Positions 1 to 11,747 of a stretch of 34,554 bases of DNA are shown here, piece after piece; position 1 is the first letter of the stretch, and each line of letters opens with the position of its first letter. The position numbers and the translations under genes are program-made. The notes under the pieces are model-generated. The model was given only the letters and a program-made list of their open reading frames with translations. It ran no database searches and had not been told where the DNA came from. The stretch lies in the NCBI GenBank assembly GCA_040357565.1, contig JBDODJ010000120.1; one strand, 5' to 3'. Source of the DNA: Cercozoa sp. M6MM (lineage: Eukaryota > Protista > Endomyxa: Ascetosporea).

Positions 1-50
1 CCCCCCCCCCCCCCCGCTCACCCCCTGCTTACTCCCCACCCCCGACCCAG

Positions 51-937
51 GGTGCTGCACTGCGCGTGTCTGCGACTAGTGTAGTCTGCAACGTCGCGCT
101 GCGTTCCTCCGAGCGGCTGCTGCGGTTTCTTTATCCCCTTTACCCTCCTTCTTTATCCCATTCTCACAGGACACTGCACGACGGTTTCAAGAAAAAGGGC
201 GCCGATGACTTGTGTACCTTCTCTGTCTCGGAGTCTAGGTGACTGCCAGGATTTATAGTATTTGTCGCCGGCTCGCAGTGCTCGAGGATCCGCGCGGAGT
301 GCTGCAAATGTACGCCAATGTGCTCAATATTCCGCAGGTAGCCTATTTTTTATCGACACACATATATACATATATATATATATGTCTGTTTTTTATATAT
401 ATATATGTATATATGTATATATGTCTGTGTGCATGGTCACAGTGGATGAGCAAGGCAGCGGCCTATTGCGGCGGAAGACACGGCGATGTGCTGCTCGGCC
501 GACTGCAGCACACGGCGGCTGTACTACTCCCTCCCTCCCTTCCGTCTCACCTCCTGCCTGTCCGCCCTCTACCTCCCTTTCTTCCTAGCGACTGCAATCC
601 CAGGTGGAGGAAGCTTGCCGACGTGCCGGTAGACTGGACCTGGACGGACTGAGTTTGTATTTGTATGTGCGTATGTATGTGCTGCAGGCATCAATCCCTC
701 GAGTTGCTTCGACTCGACAGTGTCACAGGTAAATTTACACACTCGGTTGTGTCCGTTTTATTCTGTCTTGATTGGTCTGATCCAACGCAAGCAGTCCCAG
801 CAGTCGCACCCGACGCTGTCGCAACGCAGCGGCAGTCAGCGTCGCGACCACCGCCGCCTGCGACCAACGAACTCAAGCGGCTCCTTAGCGAGCTTCCACT
901 GACCGCGCGCGGCGTTCAGCGCATTTGTGTTGAATGA
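51..937 (+). CDS. 3' part of a multi-exon gene, unknown product (5' end outside window)
   Basis: About 7 short exons bounded by GT..AG introns with pyrimidine or (TA)n tracts. Spliced reading ...VTARIYSICRRLAVLEDPRGVLQMYANVLNIPQ/WMSKAAAYCGG.../RLQSQVEEACRRAGRLDLDGL.../...ELKRLLSELPLTARGVQRICVE*, TGA at 935-937. No family recognised. Confidence 0.6.
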
Positions 938-1269
938 GGAACGGAAAGGAACTCAGTCCTAATTGAAACAAAGCGAAGACGAGAACTTGCGGTATTAGCC
1001 GAGCAGCTAATGATGCTCCGCACACGGCTAGTGAGTTTATAGAGCACATACCGGGTCAGTGAAACGTGCTATCTTGCTATATAAGTGTTGTTGGACTGTT
1101 CGCGTCGGTTTTAATTCTCTTTCAACAAGCCTCCGAGCTTTCTGAAGGGTATGTCTTCTAATCCTCCCCTTTGACGTCTGTCTAACTGGCGTTGAGCTTC
1201 CTCCGTTAGTCGCCTTCAATATCTGAGGTACTGGTTCCCATAAGTTTACTGTAACACTGAACAGTTCAG

Positions 1270-3323
1270 TTGTCATTTCGAGCGGAAGGAAGCTTAAAGC
1301 GCGACTTCTCGTCGTCGGCGGTGGCCATGGGTCTCGGTGGATTCGACTGACTCGAAAGGGATGGCAGTCGCACGCGGTCCGCGCTATGCGGTTCTCCCAC
1401 TCTGTGATGACGCCGAGGCGTCAGTGTGCCGCGTACTGCTGCTTGCGAGCTTTGCTGTGCCGAGCTACTGTTGCGTGCTGAGGTAATCCTACGCTTGATA
1501 CACAGAGCAGAGTTTCTTTCAACAGAAAACTTGCATTAAAAAAACTCACGGCGTGGATACATCGGCGCCGCAGCTGAGACACGAGTCGTCGTAGTCGTTC
1601 GGGTGCACTGGAGTCGCTTCCGAGCGGCCCTGTCGCGATCGCGAGCGTGATCTTGATCTGGTGCGTGCCGCTGCATTGTATATCGCTGGCTGACGCCTGT
1701 AGGCGTCTGCTAGCCTGTCCTTCACCTCTTGTCGGAGTCCATCCACGCGGTTGCTCAGCTCCTCACTCCTCCTCGCCAAGATCTCCTTCATCCTATGCGT
1801 CGGTTGTAATTTGTATTCTTGCAAAAAAACTCTCTGTCAACGGCTGGATAAACTGACAGCAGTCACGGCGCGTACCTTTCGAGCTCGCCATGAATCGCGA
1901 TCAGATGGTCGCGACCAAGCCGTGCTTCGACCTTCTTTTCCACGCGTTCGATTCGCGCGAAGAGTCCCTCTCGTCGGTTCTCGAAATCGGCACAAACTCG
2001 TGCCTAAGACAGGAGGCACATCTGCGTGTACAGCCTGCACCCCTGGTAAGTGTACCTGCTGTTGCTGTGTTCTCCGTACGGAAGCCAATTCGGCGGCGAC
2101 CAAATTGTGGACTCGTTGATGCATCAACTCTGACGTCTCGTCTAAAGCTGACTTGGGCAGGTACTGCTCACAAGAGAAGGATGACCACAGGATACGGTCC
2201 GTGCGAAAATGACAAGAGTTGATCCCGAGGGTACCGTGTGCGCCACGTCTTTTTGGAAACCGCAGAGTTGGGATTCAATCTCATGCGATGTGACCTCGAC
2301 GTCTCGGATGTGTTGTGACAGTTTGTTTCTCGCCTCAGCTGCTGTCTCGTGCTTTTCGTCGAGGCAGCTTTCGACAGTTGCGACGTATTGCTTGAGTTCG
2401 TCAAAGCTGCTGTTCACGTCGCTCGCTCTCTCGCGGGTTTCTTCGTGATGCACGTCGACCTTGCGAATGATGTCGTCGATGCGCGCGCGAAGTTCGGATG
2501 CTGCTGCTTCGTGCAGCTTTCGCATCGTACACATTGTTTTTTCGTGGGCTTTCTCGTTTTCATCCACAAGGTGCGCGAGTTCCTCGAACGTGCGAGCACT
2601 TTGATCTGCATGTTGTTCGGTTAACTGCCGGTTTTCTCGTGTGTCGTTCCTCACAGTGTCGATAAGCGATCGTAGTGCGGCGTCTCGCGTTTCCATATCT
2701 TTTGAAATACTCTCGTTTTGTTTCACTACATTGTTGTGATTGTTCCTCACGAGAGCGACGACGTCTTGGACACGAGCGAGAAGAGCTTCGTCAGCGCGCG
2801 CTGCGTCGTCGTGCCTTCCGTGGAACTCACGCACCACCTGGTCCGTCCCGTCTGCTCTCGTGTGCAGCTGTGTAACGCTAGCTTCGAGCGCTTTCACTGA
2901 CTTTCGCACGTTCTCAAGCTTCTGTTCTTCGTCTGATACATTCGCTTTGCGTCGTTCTTCGATCTGTTCTGCTCTGGTCGCAAGAACATCGAGTCGCTCG
3001 TTTGACTGTGCACGTGCTTCTTCGAGCAAAGCTAGCTTTTCCTCTTGACGCTTTCTGAATAACTGCGCGTCTTCATCGTGCTGCCGAAGGGAGCTAAAAA
3101 TCGAGGGCAACACTTCGGTGACTGTTTTCCGGTGTCTTTTTTTCACCTCTGCCAGTTCTTTCTTCACTTCGCTCAACTGCGAGAGTACACCGCTCAGCAC
3201 ATCAGAAAAGGCTGTCGCCACAGATAGTCCGGCCACGCGAACAGGCTCGAGGTCCGCAGCTCCACTTAAGTCTATGTCACCTAAATTCTCCATACTACAC
3301 TTGCTCGCCGACGACAGAGCCAT
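1270..3323 (-). CDS. Long coiled-coil protein with RS-rich segment and C-terminal CLSC motif (weakly DUF4795/QRICH2-like); 3' end approximate
   Basis: ATG at 3323 (MALSSASK) opens a ~1.09-kb heptad-rich first exon. Spliced exons follow: YLPKSALDETSELMHQRV..., ARVCADFENRREGLF..., MKEILARRSEELSNRVDGLRQEV...RSRSRSRSR...DDSCLSCG. Frame of the last exon is ambiguous (stop between ~1270 and ~1425). Confidence 0.7.
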
Positions 3324-3484
3324 CCCAGTTTTTTTTTTGCACAAAACCAGCAATTTGCTGCAACCACGCGGAAGCCAAAGTACCTTTTGTCGTTCTCTGC
3401 ACCTGGTACACTGTAGGACCTAAGCTCAGAGCGGAAGCCATCGGGGTTTGCGTTCGACTTTGTCGTGTGCGGACAGACGTTGAG
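3324..3484. promoter_or_regulatory. Putative bidirectional promoter (161 bp) with duplicated GCGGAAGCCA
   Basis: Lies between divergent ATGs 3323 and 3485; GCGGAAGCCA at 3368-3377 and 3431-3440. Confidence 0.5.
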
Positions 3485-6400
3485 ATGCCAGAATCGCCAA
3501 ATGTACACGACCAGGAGCTAAAGCGTCTGGGGTCTTCGGATGTCAGCGGCAGCCAGACGCCTCCTGAAACCTCGCTTATGTCTGGTGACAATGAACGCAT
3601 GACAAAGCTCTTTGCCGAGGCACTGGATGAACCACAGGTTCTGCAACAGTCCGCGGAGACAACTGCCGGTGCTAAAGAGCCGGCGCAGCGCAGACCGAAC
3701 ACGGCGTCCGTGTTTCGCAAGGCACTGCAAGACGCCGAAGGCATCGTTGGTGAACGAGTTGAAACTCAACGTGTGCCGTCGGTTCATGTCGCACCTCGCG
3801 ACAGCAACGGCTTTGTTGCCACTAAACGCTTGCTGAAGCGGGGTAGCTTCATCGACAAACCGGAACTCTCGCAAGTGCTCGGAGAACTCGAGGAGCAGCG
3901 ACGCCTGTCCCAGATCGCACTCGAAAGCTCTCGTTCTCGCTCGCCTCGTCGTCGCTCGGGAGCTGCCAAACGCTCGCGCACTGCGCCACGCCGTGCCTCC
4001 ACGAAATCCTATCCGCAGCGCAGTGTGTCTCCTCCGGCGCGAGGTCGTGCTCGACGCTTGTCCAGAGTGCAGGAAGTCGAGCAACTCACTGGTCGTCGTT
4101 TGTCACGAATGGAACGCGCGCATGTGAGCACTCTTTTCTGTCTATCGTTTTTTGGAATGCCTTTGGATGTATCGTAGGTCAAGTTTGGAGACCCGTACAA
4201 GCCCGAACTACCTCGTGCACTGAGTCCACCCCCGACGACGCGTCTTTCCAGCGACGACGTGCCCGATTTGAGTGCCTCTCGCAGGAGCAAGAGCAAGGCG
4301 AAAGGCAGGTGGGGTGACTTTCAACCGTGGCCGCATCTCAAGGGCGCGCAGTACTGCCGCGACTCCTGGGACCTCATCTACAAGAACGGTAAGCTGCTCC
4401 ACGTGCCGCTCGGCATGGGCGACTACAAGCACCATGACGAGTTCGTACTTCGAATCGAGGCCGGTATGCCAGCGGAGGAAGAGCACGCACCACTGATCTC
4501 GGACGAGCGTCTGATCGAGTTGTTCGAAACCGGCGTGCTGCAGCAAAGTGCGCTGCAAGAACTCTCTGAGGTGAATTGCTTCCTTACTAATAGCAGTAAC
4601 CTTTCTGAGGTAGAATGCCGATGGATACTGTGGGGTTTAACTTGTACAGGCTTTGAGTGAGGCCAAACGCTCGCAGCATGCAGCGGTGGAACAGCTGAAA
4701 CGGCGTGTGCTCGAACTCGAGAAAGAACGGCGTGCCTTGCAGCGACGCTTGCGTCGACAGGACTTTGACCTGAAAGAGCGAGCTCTCGCTGCCATCGAAA
4801 CACTCCAACGCAAACTCGCCGAGGCACAAAAGAACACTGCGTCGCAGGAGCAGCTCGACAAACTGAGACAGGAACTCGCCGATGCTGTGCGCAGGTACGA
4901 AGAACTCGACATGCGTCTCGGCGCTGAGCGTCGCGAGCGACAGAAGGAGCAAGAGGCCGTCGACGATGAGAGGAAACACCTGCGAAAGCAAATGCAAGAT
5001 GCGAAGGACGAAACCGAAAGCGTCAAAGCCGAACGAGACGCTCTTCGTGCGCGTTGCGAGCAACTCGAGAAGCTCTTCGACGCATGGAAAGGAGACAAGG
5101 CACGACTGCGCGATGCTCTCGTCAGCGCGGAAGAGCGCGAGTGCGCCCGTTCCAATCTTGTATCAACAGTTGCTTTCACCAACAACACTATCGTTGCTTG
5201 TACGCGTTGTTGTCTCCAGGAAAACGAACGAGACCGACTAAAGCGCGCGCACGATGCGTTGCAAAAACGACTGGCGGAGACGCACGCCGAACTCATTTTG
5301 TTGAGGCGTCGTGTCGCACAGTTGCTCGAGCAGAAACAGCAACTGCTCAATCGCGTCCTGTATCGAGCAATGTTCCGCCACTTCCACCGACGCGCACGCA
5401 GAGTGCAGAGCGAGCTCTCGCAGACCGAGCAGCAAGTCGAAACCGCAAAAGCGAAGGCTGCTGAAACCGAAGCTGCACTGCGGGACCAAGTAAACCTGCC
5501 CGATATCTTGTATCAACCAACTCTAGCTGAGTACTCAATGTCCTGTAATGGAAACGCCATGCAGATCGAAGCCTTGAGAACAGAGCTTGCCAACGTTGCT
5601 TCCGAAAGAGAAAAGCAGCGCGAAGAGCTTCGGGATGCCAACGCGTTACTCGAGCAGGTAAAGCCACTGCCCGAGGCATCTGTACAAAGATAAAGTATCA
5701 GCTCTGTGCTCTCCAGTTGGAAAGCGCCCTCCGCGAGGCCTACGACGTCAACGAGAAGAACGAGCGAACCATGGCGAGCAATCGGCGCGTGCTTGAGCAG
5801 GAGATGCGCAGTCTGGAGGACAAGGCGCGCACGCGAATCCAGTCGCTGCGCGCAGAGATCGCGCGACTCAAGTCGGCCTTTGCCGGGGACGACGTACGAC
5901 AACTTGCCCTACAGGCAGCCGGTGCCTTCCGCGGCGACTGCATCAGTGAGTTGCAGCCACCTGCTGCTCAGCACTCAGTCGTGCAGGCCCTGGCACAAGC
6001 CGGAGGCGGCAGTGGCGACGCACCGCAGCAGTTGTTGGTATGTTACTCGATGCAACGAAATGTACCGATATCGATGCAAATGTACGTACCCTGAGTGTCA
6101 CTGTTCTGTGTGTGTAGTTCGCGGACTTTGTGCATAAGTACACGCGCTTTGGGTTCCAGAGGTCTCGCATTTTGGTACAGCGGTGATAACCACTACGGCT
6201 AGTGCTGGAACCTTTTGAACGCTCTCACTGCGCAGGCACTCACGGACACACACGTGGCGTTACTGCACTACAAGGGTAAACTCGCCAAGAGCGTCTCAGT
6301 GGCCGCGATCCTTCCACTGAAGGCCGTGAGCAAGGTGCTGCTGAGTCGCCGGTACGGCCAGCTCATGTGTCTGCGCACGTCGCGTCTCCGGCCGGACCTG

Positions 6401-6649
6401 GTTTTGCTCATTGACAAGCGACTTGAGTTCGTGTTCAAGATGCTGCAGGCCAGACAGGCGATCGATGAGCCTCGCGGACAGGGCGAGCATGAGCACGAAG
6501 AGCAGAAGGAGATCGCCGACTCGGAGGACCTGCGCTACGAGTTCGTCGAGGCCTTCGACTACCAGGCGAGCAACATGACGTGGCGTCACGTCAGCGTTCC
6601 TCGCACACAGCATGTTGAGGTCAGCAAAGTGGAGCTCCGACAACAATGA
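3485..6649 (+). CDS. Coiled-coil protein with C-terminal myosin-I tail homology 1 (TH1, PH-like) domain and no motor domain
   Basis: ATG 3485, disordered RS-rich N-terminus, coiled coil ~4653-5900. Spliced C-terminus FRGDCI...LL/FADFVHKYTRFGFQRSRIL/ALTDTHVALLHY...ILPLKAVSKVLLS...DLVLLIDKRLEFV...LRYEFVEAFDY fits the TH1 pattern (F.GDY...F.D.V.K..R....R.L.LT...IPL..I..VS.S...D). Stop TGA at 6647-6649. Confidence 0.7.
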
Positions 6650-6842
6650 CTGACAAAAACTAAATTCGATTATTGGTTTGTTCAGTTAACCGTGGCGCTC
6701 AGCAGTTCACTAAGTCCTCGGTCAACTGAACCCGTGGTAGTACCAGGTAGGAAGGAGCTTATCGATATCCAAGTCCGGCGAGCACGTCTGTTTCAGTTGT
6801 AAATTTAAACTTAAACCTGGGACAAAAAACGTTTAACTAAAT

Positions 6843-8361
6843 TTAGACGTCGTCAACGTCTAACTCTTCCCATCCACGCGATACAGCCTGCACTTCAATC
6901 AGCGTGCCGTCACTACCTTCGAGGTTATCGTCGTTGTCGCAGGCAAGGTAGTCAGGATGCGGGATGCGTTTTGCCAGGCGTGCGGAGCAGCACATGATTG
7001 GAATCAGTGCGAGCCCGGAGCCCTGATGTACAATACAAATTATTCCAATCATGTGCTTGGGGCCGATTAAGCTTGAAAGTAATACTTAAGATAGTCCGTT
7101 CATAGTGTAAATTACCAGGAGTGCAAGGCACAGCAACATCAACGAATTCAACACCTCTTCTGCACATCACAATTTGCAAGGTTCTGTTCATTTGTGCCAG
7201 TTTGTACGGAGCATGGATGTTGTACCGCACATTGCAGTACGCACATGGAAGTACGCGCGTCCGATACCGCCACAGGAGGCCGTTTCCACGAAGCGGTCGG
7301 CTTCGTCAGCGAGCGGCTGCACATCGGCCTCGATCGCTGCGATCGATGCCTGAAATTCAAGGGTCCTCTAAGTCCTAGATTTACTGCAGAGCGTCAGTTA
7401 AAATTCGACGAATATACCTGCAGAGCAGACGCATTGGTACGCAAATTAGCACCCGTAGCGACCTGTGAATTCACAGCTAGCGTATTAAAACAGTTGTTTT
7501 CGAACTGTCAAAGGTATCGATACCAATCCGTCAGACATATTGCGCAGACTCATGATCTGCACTTTCAGTTGTGAGTTTTTGTGACGCAGGCAGAAGTTAT
7601 GGTGGTGATTACTGTGTTGTTGAACTGTGGCAGTAGGTTGTTTTCGCGCACGACGGCATCTTGTGCAACGGACAGAGCATAGGCAACCCTGCTCGTCAAA
7701 CAATCAGTGTGCTGCATAAACTGAAATACGCACTAAATTTCGGAGGTCTCTTACATGCTCTGATGCGTCATGTTGCTGGGGTAGTAGTCCGTTGCCTGAA
7801 AAACACAATCTTCCTCAGTGCAGTTGCATCGTTGCACGATGAGACTGTTTAAAATGCGAAGGTTGTTCCGTACGTTGAGGTCGCCGAGATTGGTGCGTGT
7901 CGGGACAAACGCAGGCGTGGCATCTTTCGCGACAGTGAGATTGCCCAGATAGTACAAGGCCTGGTCGACAGGTCCGCCGAATTCGCGTTGGACGTCGAGT
8001 GCATGCACTTGACTCTGGAAGTTGCTCAGTTCCGAGAAGGAGAAGGCCCTGATAGACAGAGTAGTTAAATCAAAGACTCATTACTGATGAATTATGTAGA
8101 GGTAGATCGAAAGAGTACGACGAGATGTTCGGCAGGCTAGGGAAAACGAGTGCCTCGCGGAAGTCGAGTTCATTGGTTAGGTTGAGTGCCGCCACCAGAG
8201 GAGTGTCGTCCAGACAGGCCTGTGCGACGTCGCCGGCTTGTCCGTCCAGCACTGAGCGGAGGTTGCTCTCCTGCTCACACAAACATGCACACAATCACAC
8301 ATGCGCACACACACACATGCACGCACTCACACGTGCACACACACATGCACGCACTCACACG

Positions 8362-8415
<54 letters not shown>

Positions 8416-10466
8416 CCATACATGTACTGGACATACACCAAAGGCAGTTTACCTTGATACTGATGTAGGTACAGCCATCGGACATCACCATGGCCGTCGG
8501 AAGGTGCACAGCAAGCAGCAGCCACACCAGAATCTGTACATGTACATGCGTGTGTCCAAAACGTTTCATCATCGGAACCGCCGAAGAAGAACGCACCGCC
8601 GCGATGCCGCCGAGAATGAAATTCAGCCAAAATGGCCAACTCCGTTTGAGCAGCACACTGTATGCAATACGATCACACTTTGGTCTTTAGATGCACAGAG
8701 CAAGAAAGTGCTACCCGAAACCACCGAGAACAAAAGCTGCTGCCAGAGGCAGAACAAAGAGGATCGTAAAGCCCACGTAGCGCATCTTGTCGTACTCTTC
8801 CACTGCATTGGAGTTACCGGATGAACCTATTCCTCTGGTCACAGTATAAACTTATTCAACCCTACCGTCGTGACCGACATCTTCAACGTCACCGCGAGCA
8901 GCGTTTACTGTTAGAGGTTCAGTTGTCACTAGTTGTAGAAGGATGAGTATCTGTAAATTTAAACTTACCTTCGACTTTGGCGTCGAGAATGGCAGTTTTT
9001 GCATCGCCGACACTGCCGGCAATGTCATCACGCACCGCCTGGAATTAAAGTAGCTTCGTTGTTATCGACACACTTGGACACTGAAGTGTTGCCACTCACC
9101 ACAAGTTCGGATCCGACGGTGGAGCGAATTTCGGCCATGTCCGCTAAAACAGCTGTTCAGTCCACACTCGCACATCAGCCACAACAACTCAGTCTGTGAA
9201 AGGAGCCTAAGTTCAGTTGCAATTGGTACAGTCAGCTTGTGACTGAACTTGCGTGCGCATCGATGCCGCTTGCGTCTACACAGTGACATTTGCTCTCGCT
9301 ACAGTTAGGCCCGATACCGGTATTGTACCGATATTTGCGTGCAAAAGTCGCACTCGAATGTGTAGTTTCCGTCGGTGAAAGTGACGTTTGCAAAGTTTGT
9401 CTACAGGTGTCCCGTGTAACCGAAAATTTATACTGCGAGACCAACCAAATGAGGCGAATTTTACTTCAAGCTGCGCCAGGAGCGAGATGATCTCACTTGT
9501 TCCGTTTTCAACGAACGACGTCCCTGTCCGAATCAGTTTCGTTTAAATTGTAACACAACTGCAGTATCTGCAAGTAAATGCCTGGCACTGCAGCTACCCT
9601 CGAGAGCAATGTCGGCACGATCGATGATAGCGACGGCATTGGTTCCAATGAAGTTCACCGGTTGGTACCTGCAGGATGGGTAAGGACCACGTATTAACAG
9701 ACTGTAAGAAAGTACTGGGCGAACATACACCAAGTCCAGGAAATCAACAGAAGAATCCACAACGCGCAGCGATCCTTTGACGAGGCCTTCGTTTCCGCGA
9801 ATGCCCTTGCTAAACTGCGTGTTGCCGACGTATCCAACAATGGCAAAGGCAGCACTGATCAGCGCGAATGCGAACTGGGTATTTGCACGAGCAGTGTTTA
9901 ATATTAGTGATGGGAAGGAACGAATGCCTTTAGATAGCTATGATGTACCAAGCCAACTAAAGCACGCGTTCGCTGAGCAGCTGTGTAACCTCCTTTCCGC
10001 GGCTTGCGGCCGCCGCAGCAGCAGTTCTGCTCAAACACTAATATTTTCCAGTGCAATGAATGGTATCAATTCCTCAACTCTGGAGCATGAATGATGAATA
10101 AGTCCTTACGCAGCAGACACGGAAGAGGCAAAACAGAAGAAGCGACAACAGAATCAAAACGGCCTTCGCGATAGGCACTGCAACAGGTACAGCGAGGCCT
10201 TTACCGTACCTGCCCAGCTCAAACACACTCACAGTGACACTGTCACTCACGCCAGTGCTGTCCTGCTACCCCGTGGGATCGTCAATTGCAGCATCGATGT
10301 TATCCACACCTCCTATGCGAGGTATCTGCACGAAAATATATTGGGTATCGTTTTTTATAGAGAGTTTTCAGTTGCTATCGGGCGTTTACTGGCATTCCGT
10401 TACCAAGTCAAGAATTTTTCTCACATTGGCGCTCAGTTGAGCCGCCGAATGCTCTGACTGTGACAT
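6843..10466 (-). CDS. Prominin/tweety-like five-transmembrane protein (multi-exon; start codon uncertain)
   Basis: Spliced hydrophobic segments: TM1 AVPIAKAVLILLSLLLFCLFRVCC (~10110-10190), TM2 FAFALISAAFAIVGYVGN (~9820-9875), TM3 EEYDKMRYVGFTILFVLPLAAAFVLGGFG (~8715-8800), TM4 FWLNFILGGIAA/ILVWLLLAVHLPTAMVMSDGC (~8470-8635), Cys motif SCGGIGRAYFHVRTAMC (~7225-7280), TM5 GLALIPIMCCSARLAKR, acidic tail, stop at 6843. Two large loops as in prominins. Confidence 0.7.
8363..8413 (-). repeat. (TG)n microsatellite in an intron of the prominin-like gene
   Basis: Pure (CA)n on + strand, with a degenerate CA-rich extension from ~8276. Confidence 0.95.
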
Positions 10467-11079
10467 GGAAAGCTATTGCTTCGACTTCTACGAAGGACAA
10501 TTTTGGAACTGACGATCACGTCGCGAGAAACGCGACGGTCCTTTGAGAAAACGCTTACATTTGTTTTATCCGGAAAAATTAATCCAACTTAAGTAATTTG
10601 TCAACGCCACTGCCGCGCTAACGTTTCGAATCCCACTTCGACTGGAAGATGGCACCTCGATCATGTTGTCGATGCAGCAACTGCCAACCTTTGTCGTTGA
10701 TATCGATACAAGTACTTGTTCCAGTTTGGATTTCGGTGTGCTACGGTGGAACTCTGGTATGCACAAAACGTCTCCTGTCAACCGAAAACCGAACAGCGCC
10801 AACTACAGTGCCAACGAATCGTCACTGATCATTGTTCTTGGAACAAACACCTTTGTTTCGTGAGCCGATAGGATCGAATAATGAATGGAATCACGAAAAT
10901 TCGAATCGAAGCTAGACGAAGCTTGCGGAGCATCTCTTGCAGTCGTGAGACACTTTTGTTTGACGTACGACACCTGTGTGACACATTAATACTGCGCCGA
11001 GCTGCGCTAAGTGCACACCACACCGAACCGAATTTCCTTGTTTTGGTTGCCTTGCTTTGAACACCACCACTGAGTCAAG

Positions 11080-11703
11080 ATGTCTGAGACGTTCGACTTC
11101 AGCGCGGACATCACGCAGCTGATGGAGTACGTTCTGATATTCCCAGTTTTTTTGCTGGCTTTTTGTCAGCAGAAAGCGTTTTGTTTTTGTTTTTTTTTTT
11201 GCTGGTTTTTTGTGCGATCGCACGAGTGTGATGTTGCTGTGTGGTTTTGCCGTTGTTACCTTCTTTGTGTTATCTCGGTGTGCAGCCTCATCATCCACTC
11301 GCTGTACTCGAACAAGGAGATCTTCCTGCGTGAGCTCATCTCGAACGCGTCGGATGCGATCGACAAGATCCGCTTCCAGGCTTCGACGGACTCGTCGGCG
11401 CTGGCGACGGAGGAGGCGCTCAAGATCGAGATCGTGCCGGACAAGGAGAGCAACACGCTCACTGTCCGCGACACGGGTATCGGTATGACGCGTGAGGAGC
11501 TGATCAAGAACCTCGGTACGATTGCCTCGTCGGGCACGAAGCAGTTCGTGTCGGCCATCACGGCCGGCGCCGACCTCTCGATGATCGGTCAGTTCGGTGT
11601 CGGTTTCTACTCGGCCTACCTCGTGGCCGACCGCGTCGTGGTGCGCTCCAAGTCCAACAACGACGAGCAGTACAAGTGGACCTCTGAGGTACCTCGCTTT
11701 CCT

Positions 11704-11747
<44 letters not shown>

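Noticed and set aside
1037-1276. 79-aa minus-strand ORF as a separate gene
   Set aside because: Lies in the convergent 3' gap, has no motif, and overlaps the candidate 3'-end signal of the upstream gene.
10596-10863. Open frames on both strands between the prominin-like gene and HSP90
   Set aside because: Short, no recognisable motif, no codon bias or clear splice pattern; probably promoter or UTR, though upstream prominin exons cannot be excluded.
10894-11037. Heat-shock-element-like GAAnnTTC upstream of HSP90
   Set aside because: Only two properly phased nGAAn units (GAAAATTC at ~10895); no convincing third unit.
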